DNA from: an uncultured Thermoproteaceae archaeon
GTDB taxonomy: Archaea; Thermoproteota; Thermoprotei; Thermoproteales; Thermocladiaceae
NCBI GenBank assembly: GCA_964575955.1
Contig: CAZNTG010000009.1
Coordinates: forward strand, 64,001-128,000
Length of the DNA: 64,000 nt
Direction of reading: 5' to 3'
Part shown: piece by piece, positions 58,494 to 64,000 of the stretch
Numbering within the stretch: the stretch's first letter is position 1
Layout of the letters: every line of letters begins with the position of its first letter
Position numbers and translations under genes: made by a program
The notes under the pieces: model-generated
Databases searched by the model: none
Told to the model about the DNA's origin: nothing
The model's input: only the letters and a program-made list of their open reading frames with translations

Positions 58494-60731
58494 CTATGTT
58501 GGAGATACGTATATATGCATTAGATTTAGTGTATGCCAGAATCCGAAGTAGTTTGGTACTAGTCCACTAACCTTCGGATTTACAACATATATACCATTGA
58601 CAGCTGCTAACCATACTCTAACTGCCTGTAGTGTACAGTAGTAGACAGACCAGTAGTATAGTTCTGCACGCTGTTTCAAACTCTTAAACTTTCCATTAGC
58701 TAGATCATACGTTGCCTTGTATAGTGACATGTGTAGTTGTGGTATGTATATCTTAGATGCATTATACTGCCAATATCCTGGAACACCCCAGCCAGGCATT
58801 AAGCTATCTAGTGCACAGAAGTCGTATGGATTAGCATCATGATACTTCTCTATCTCTGTATCAATCCAACCTTCAGTATATATCATCCATTTCATATCTG
58901 CAGGATTTGAACTATATACAATACGGTAGGCATCTCTACCAGTTATAAGTTTATCAATTACTTCAAATCCAAGTTTCTGTAATATTGATTCTACATATGC
59001 TCCAATAACCTTTCTCTGATCTTCCATTCTTCTAGCAACAATAATCTTCACAGGTACAAGCTTACCTCCAGTTGCGTTAAGTGGACAGTACCACTTACCA
59101 TTCTTGTAGATGTATCCATGCTCTTTCAATGTTTTGAATATCAATTCCTTACCATATGTGAAGTTATATGTTAATCCTAGCTTATATATTATAGGTTCTA
59201 CAATCTTGTAATCAGCAGAGTACTGTGGTGGTAATGCTACGAAGTATATTGGCTCTGCATATCCTAGATAGATTTCCTTCACAATATACTTCCTATTAAT
59301 TAGGAAGTTGAATGCGTATCTCACAGCCGCATACTCAAATGGGTTACAGTATATTCCATGTGCTTTAGCTTCTGAATCTGGTGGTGCTGGATTGAATAGT
59401 AGATCAACATATCCATTACCTAGAACGTATGCTTTCAGGTAGTTTCCATAACCCTCAGTCTGTAACTTAGAAGCTATTGATGGTGGAATATTCCATAAGT
59501 ATCCTGTTAATATACCCTTAATAACCTCTTCAGGAGCTTTCTCACTTGGAACCTGCTCTATAGTTATGACCTTGTACTTCCATACTTCATCAGGCACTGT
59601 CTTAACATTTAGATGCATTATCGTGTTCAATATGTAATCGAAAGTCTTTCCATGAATTGGATATTTAGGCCATGTTTTAAGTATTAGAGCTCTCTCAGAT
59701 ACATATACTCTATCAATCATGTAATATCCATCTCCAATCCATCCATGTCCATGAGTCTTTATGAAGTCAATTACAAGTCTATAATCTCTAGATGCTTCAC
59801 TTGGAGTTACTGCTCCAAGAATCTTCTTCCAACTCTCAGGTGCATTCTTTATTGCTGGTGGTATAGCACCACTACTTGCCAACTTCTCAAGCATTGGTAT
59901 TAGATACTTTGAAAGTTCTTTACTATCCTTCAAATCTATACATGGAATATTCTTAGCAGATGCTACCTGCTCTGTAAGTGCAACTTTTCCTTCACCAGCA
60001 AGCATTTCTAAAGCATACATCTCAGACCATGGAAGTGATGGCCATAATATTGCATTCATAACAATCTTGCCATAGTATGGATGTGTGTAGTTTACATAAA
60101 CTATGAATGCCGTCTTATTGATCACGTTAATAGCTTTAACAATAGGTAGAAAGCTTGGTCCAATCATTGACGCATATGCTGGATCGTAAAATGTCTGATT
60201 TGGAGTCCACTTCTTAGTCCACTCCCAATTTATATAGTACATGTATATTATATCCCATAGAGTTTCAGTCTGATTATCTTGCCATGTACCAAGCTTACAG
60301 TTAAATACAACAGCATTTAATGCTGTACCATTAACCTTAACCCAACGCATATACTTTCCATTCCATGCATAGCCATTAATCTTCAAAGGTCCACGAATAA
60401 CCTTAAACGTACATTGAAATGGTACGACATCACCAGTTTTTGGATTTCTAACAACAGGAATACCATTGACAGGACTTAGAATAATGTAGTCATAAATCCA
60501 TGCATTAACAGCAACATTCCAAGGATTCCACTCTACAGTCCAAGGCATCAATGTTCCAAAAGTCATCTTCTCAAGCTTTGGAGAAATTACAGGCTTTGTA
60601 GGTTTCACAGGTTTTGTAGGCTTTACAGGTGTTACAGGTGGTCTATGTGACATAGCATACCAAGCTGCAACACCTATAACTATTATAGCAATAACTACAC
60701 CAACTATAATTCCAACTACCTTCTTAGACAT
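58494..60731 (-). CDS. oppA: ABC transporter substrate-binding protein, family 5 (archaeal type), N-terminally anchored
   Basis: N-terminal TM, Pro-rich linker, NPF...VRYAFNFLINR; heads oppBCDF. Confidence 0.85.
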   Translation of the reverse strand: MSKKVVGIIVGVVIAIIVIGVAAWYAMSHRPPVTPVKPTKPVKPTKPVISPKLEKMTFGTLMPWTVEWNPWNVAVNAWIYDYIILSPVNGIPVVRNPKTGDVVPFQCTFKVIRGPLKINGYAWNGKYMRWVKVNGTALNAVVFNCKLGTWQDNQTETLWDIIYMYYINWEWTKKWTPNQTFYDPAYASMIGPSFLPIVKAINVINKTAFIVYVNYTHPYYGKIVMNAILWPSLPWSEMYALEMLAGEGKVALTEQVASAKNIPCIDLKDSKELSKYLIPMLEKLASSGAIPPAIKNAPESWKKILGAVTPSEASRDYRLVIDFIKTHGHGWIGDGYYMIDRVYVSERALILKTWPKYPIHGKTFDYILNTIMHLNVKTVPDEVWKYKVITIEQVPSEKAPEEVIKGILTGYLWNIPPSIASKLQTEGYGNYLKAYVLGNGYVDLLFNPAPPDSEAKAHGIYCNPFEYAAVRYAFNFLINRKYIVKEIYLGYAEPIYFVALPPQYSADYKIVEPIIYKLGLTYNFTYGKELIFKTLKEHGYIYKNGKWYCPLNATGGKLVPVKIIVARRMEDQRKVIGAYVESILQKLGFEVIDKLITGRDAYRIVYSSNPADMKWMIYTEGWIDTEIEKYHDANPYDFCALDSLMPGWGVPGYWQYNASKIYIPQLHMSLYKATYDLANGKFKSLKQRAELYYWSVYYCTLQAVRVWLAAVNGIYVVNPKVSGLVPNYFGFWHTLNLMHIYVSPT
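60589..60641 (-). repeat. 9-bp periodic repeat encoding the PVT/PVK/PTK linker
   Basis: PPVTPVKPTKPVKPTKPV after the membrane anchor. Confidence 0.75.
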
Positions 60732-60791
60732 ATGTTAATTTTATAACTATTGCGTAATTATTAAGTATTATTATCGAGTTAATATTCCAAA

Positions 60792-60989
60792 ATGAAGAGT
60801 AGCATAAATCTAAAACAAACTGCAATTGCCATAATTATAGCTATAATCGGCACAATAATAAGTTATGTAGGAGGTTATATTTACGAAAATCTTACCATAA
60901 GCATTATAGGAGCTATAATTGCTCTAGTAGGAGTTTTCTTAATAATTAAGGAAATGATTAAAATATTAATGCCACCAATAGAGGAGTAG
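60792..60989 (+). CDS. Small 2-TM hypothetical membrane protein
   Basis: 65-aa hydrophobic ORF, TTATTAA about 25 nt upstream. Confidence 0.65.
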   Translation: MKSSINLKQTAIAIIIAIIGTIISYVGGYIYENLTISIIGAIIALVGVFLIIKEMIKILMPPIEE

Positions 60990-61011
60990 TTAAGATAAAA
61001 ATTAAGAAAAT

Positions 61012-61740
61012 ATGGATAGGTGTACAATATCAACTCTAGTTGGAATTCCTATAGGAACTCTATATAGAAAGTATAAGAGTAGAGAGATTGTTAAGTCAAT
61101 ACTAGAACTTCCAATAATATTAAGGTTAGATGGTGTTAAATTTGGAAAATTGTTAAGAAATTTTGAAAGACCTAGAGATAGGAGAGTTCATGATGTGCTT
61201 ATAGAAGCTGCAATTGAAATATTGAAATTTATGGGTGCAGATATTGCATATGTAGTTTCAGATGAGATAAATATTATATTTGTAAGAAATCTACCATATG
61301 GAGGTAGGTATTTCAAATTAACATCAATATCGGCATCAATAGCATCATCAACAGCATCTATAAGACTTGGATTAAAACTATACTTTGACTCTAGAGTAGT
61401 CAAAGTATATGATATAAATGAGATTGTAGAATATCTACTATATAGAGCTAGAGTTGGAATGAATAACTATCTATCAAGTCTATGCTATATTGATGGTATA
61501 GTTGGTGAATATACACCAAACATAGAGGAACTTCTAATATACGTACTATGGAGACATAGAGATAAGTTAGATAATTGGAAAATCTTTGGATCAATAATAT
61601 ATAAAGAGAAGATTGTTAAGAAGTGTATTGACAAGTTATCAGGTAGAGAAGTTCAAGTTTATAGAAAGGTTTTGAAGATATGTGAATTCTCCATACAGGA
61701 ACTTATGAAAGCTATTGAGAATATTCGCGATATATCATAA
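61012..61740 (+). CDS. thg1: tRNA(His) guanylyltransferase Thg1 / Thg1-like 3'-5' polymerase
   Basis: LRLDGVKF, YVVSDEIN, GGRYFKL.S, FDSRV. Confidence 0.85.
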   Translation: MDRCTISTLVGIPIGTLYRKYKSREIVKSILELPIILRLDGVKFGKLLRNFERPRDRRVHDVLIEAAIEILKFMGADIAYVVSDEINIIFVRNLPYGGRYFKLTSISASIASSTASIRLGLKLYFDSRVVKVYDINEIVEYLLYRARVGMNNYLSSLCYIDGIVGEYTPNIEELLIYVLWRHRDKLDNWKIFGSIIYKEKIVKKCIDKLSGREVQVYRKVLKICEFSIQELMKAIENIRDIS

Positions 61741-62386
61741 CAACATCATTTAAATATCCTCTACGTATGTAGGGAAAATATATTATAATTCTCAACTTGT
61801 TAGATTTAACATGTTCAATCTCTTCAATAATCTCTAACTTACTATACATGTGGTAAAATCTTTCAACCTTCCTATCTAGACTCCACGACCAATATACTAT
61901 ATAGTCATTATCTCTTAATTTTAAACATCTCAATTTTTCAACATTTTCCACTCTCCACACAGTGATTAGTACAGCATTTCTAGATATTCTAACAAGCTCT
62001 CTAATACTTTCAATCCTCCATTCTCTAGTAGGTATGTGGTGTAGTGTTGCTATACATGTAGCTATATCACATATAGAATTTCTTAATGGTAGATATCTAA
62101 TATCTGAATTAACTATATCTAATCTGGAGTCATTATTTAGAAGATTTTTTAATTGTTTCAACATTTCTAGAGAAATGTCAATACCTACATATTGTCTTCT
62201 ACACTTTCTAGATATTGCTAATGCATTTGCTCCACAACCACATCCAACATCAACTATCTTATCTACATTATCAGGTATTAATCTTAAAATTTCATACCAT
62301 TCATCTCTTCTAGATTTATTAAATATTTTAGATATCTTATCAAAACTTTCTTTAACTTTCCTTATAATCTCCTGATTGTTTATCAT
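61712..62386 (-). CDS. Class I SAM-dependent methyltransferase (Trm9/ALKBH8-like)
   Basis: DVGCGCG, IATLHHIP, ITVW, RFYHMY. Confidence 0.75.
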   Translation of the reverse strand: MINNQEIIRKVKESFDKISKIFNKSRRDEWYEILRLIPDNVDKIVDVGCGCGANALAISRKCRRQYVGIDISLEMLKQLKNLLNNDSRLDIVNSDIRYLPLRNSICDIATCIATLHHIPTREWRIESIRELVRISRNAVLITVWRVENVEKLRCLKLRDNDYIVYWSWSLDRKVERFYHMYSKLEIIEEIEHVKSNKLRIIIYFPYIRRGYLNDVVMIYREYSQ

Positions 62387-62783
62387 ATTCTTTAACTTCT
62401 CTTAACCAGGATATCTTATCTATATCTAGAGATTTTCCAAACTTAAACACGTTGATTACATTCCACATCATTAATGCTGCAATAACGTGTTTACACATCT
62501 TCTTTCTATACATAGATGCTTCACATGTACATTTATATCCATATATTCCAACTGTGACATAGTAGTACTGGTTTGGTCTAGTCTCTGATGGTATTCTAAT
62601 TCTAATTCCCTGTATTTCTCCATCTTCAATCTTTATATCAATAATCTCTGCTAACCTTGCAAGATTTAGAGAATCTAAAACTCTTTCAATCCTAACACCT
62701 AGAATTGATGCTAACCTAACAGCAAACTCTCTAATACCTTTCCCAATCTCCCTAGTAATTTCTAGAAGATCTTTCTCACTCAC
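62352..62783 (-). CDS. SWIM zinc-finger protein
   Basis: CTC...CKHV motif. Confidence 0.85.
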   Translation of the reverse strand: MSEKDLLEITREIGKGIREFAVRLASILGVRIERVLDSLNLARLAEIIDIKIEDGEIQGIRIRIPSETRPNQYYYVTVGIYGYKCTCEASMYRKKMCKHVIAALMMWNVINVFKFGKSLDIDKISWLREVKEYDKQSGDYKES

Positions 62784-62892
62784 TCAACTAAACTTTCAGT
62801 CTACACTATTTAAAAAGAGTTCACCTACATGTACTGACACTATATGTGAAAACTATGTAACACAGATATTTTAGATATATACAACAAATACC

Positions 62893-64000
62893 ATGGTTAA
62901 GATAGAGCTAACGACAGACATAGTACACTACTTTCAATGCAATATGTGTGGAGCATGTTGTAAAGGTAGTGTAGAACTAACACCTGAAGAATTTGAAAAA
63001 ATTAGAAGTATAAGTAAGAAGCTAGGCATTAGAGTACCAATAGAAGTTAGAGATTACATATTCACTATAAAGATAATAATGAAACCTGTAGAAGATGAAC
63101 AGGGTGAGAGATGGTGTATATTTTTGAAAAGAGAGAAAGATAAGGCAATATGTACAATATATGAAGATAGACCAACATTTTGTAGACTATATCCACTATA
63201 TATAGGATATTCAAAAGAAAATGATACAATATATGTAGATATTGTACATTGTCCAAACATGAAGCATGTAGAAGTTGAAAATTTTATAAAACTAGATAGA
63301 GAAAATGTTCAAAAGATAGTACATGAAATTGTAGAAAAAAATCCTCAAATTCTGGATGTAGTTCCTGATCTAGATAGAACATCTGTAATATTTGATCTAG
63401 GTGATAAAGCTATAATAACTAAACTATACAAGAAGTATAACATAATTAGAGAGATAAATAGAAAATTGTTAAATAAGTTAAGTTTTAAATGTTCAATATT
63501 AGAGTTTTTAGAAAATATGTTTAATATAGAGTCAAGTATTAGAGAACTATCTATGAAGTATATGAGAGAAGGTTTGAAAGATTTCAATATTGAAAATATT
63601 ATTTCTCAACTTTTTGATAAATTAAGTGAGTATAGATATGGTAAGTCTGATGTTATTAATAATATGAAGGTTATGACTAGAGATATGGGTTTAGCTGTTG
63701 ATGAAGATATGTATATTATTCATGATATGATATCTCTTAAAAGTAAGCTTGTTAGAATTGATGTTGAAGATATTTTAAATTGTAGAATTTGTGAGCTCTA
63801 CCCATACATACAGGAACTTGTAGATAGATTTCCAATATTCAACCAGGTATACTACCTACCTCTCGAAATATTCTACACTCACGGTATGATACCTATTGTA
63901 GTGCTTGTAAGTATATACTACATAGCATTGAGAAGCTATAGGTCAAGTGATGAAATTTATGCATGTATAGACATGGGTGGATTACCCTACATTTTCAAGT
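62893..64000 (+). CDS. YkgJ-family Cys-cluster (Zn/Fe-chelating) protein, 3' end beyond window edge
   Basis: FQCNMCGACC, WCIFL, CTIYEDRPTFCRLYP; frame open to window end, absent from ORF track. Confidence 0.85.
   Translation, partial: MVKIELTTDIVHYFQCNMCGACCKGSVELTPEEFEKIRSISKKLGIRVPIEVRDYIFTIKIIMKPVEDEQGERWCIFLKREKDKAICTIYEDRPTFCRLYPLYIGYSKENDTIYVDIVHCPNMKHVEVENFIKLDRENVQKIVHEIVEKNPQILDVVPDLDRTSVIFDLGDKAIITKLYKKYNIIREINRKLLNKLSFKCSILEFLENMFNIESSIRELSMKYMREGLKDFNIENIISQLFDKLSEYRYGKSDVINNMKVMTRDMGLAVDEDMYIIHDMISLKSKLVRIDVEDILNCRICELYPYIQELVDRFPIFNQVYYLPLEIFYTHGMIPIVVLVSIYYIALRSYRSSDEIYACIDMGGLPYIFK

Noticed and set aside
62810-62876. Weak C/D-like pattern (CTGA...GTGAAAA...CAGA)
   Set aside because: No proper C box, irregular spacing, AT-rich guides; it is a divergent promoter region
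3419-63587. Many short antisense ORFs in the track (e.g. 3419-3631, 20217-20675, 32902-33414, 44583-45020, 48212-48721, 63054-63587)
   Set aside because: All lie opposite well-supported genes and have the Ser/Ile/Phe-rich composition of shadow frames

Overview
AT-rich archaeal chromosomal window, most consistent with Thermoproteota (Thermoproteales-like). The basis is archaeal GAPDH, RadA, PriL, Rpl18e, Nep1, Trm10, a split A-type ATPase locus and a tRNA with a non-canonical intron. It is densely packed with housekeeping genes: pgk-gap, purA/purB/guaAB, pyrBID, carA, hisAB, lysC-tyrA-aroE, pheA, proC, an opp/dpp ABC transporter and several RNA-modification enzymes. I saw no CRISPR array or intact mobile element. 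The main signal missing from the ORF track is non-coding. There are eight C/D-box guide sRNAs, including a tandem array of three, one embedded in the end of carA, two bracketing radA, and one whose guide matches the tRNA in this window. That tRNA is a tRNA-His(GUG) with an intron inside its anticodon (35/36). Other leads are a wHTH/tetrapyrrole-methylase fusion regulator, an aminotransferase with an in-frame TAG or CTG start, a CooC-CooT-HypC nickel module, a DgcA/DgcN-like pair, a surface-anchored FmdE protein and a degenerate IorA. All family assignments come from motif recognition, and rRNA target suggestions come from remembered consensus sequence. No database searches were run.
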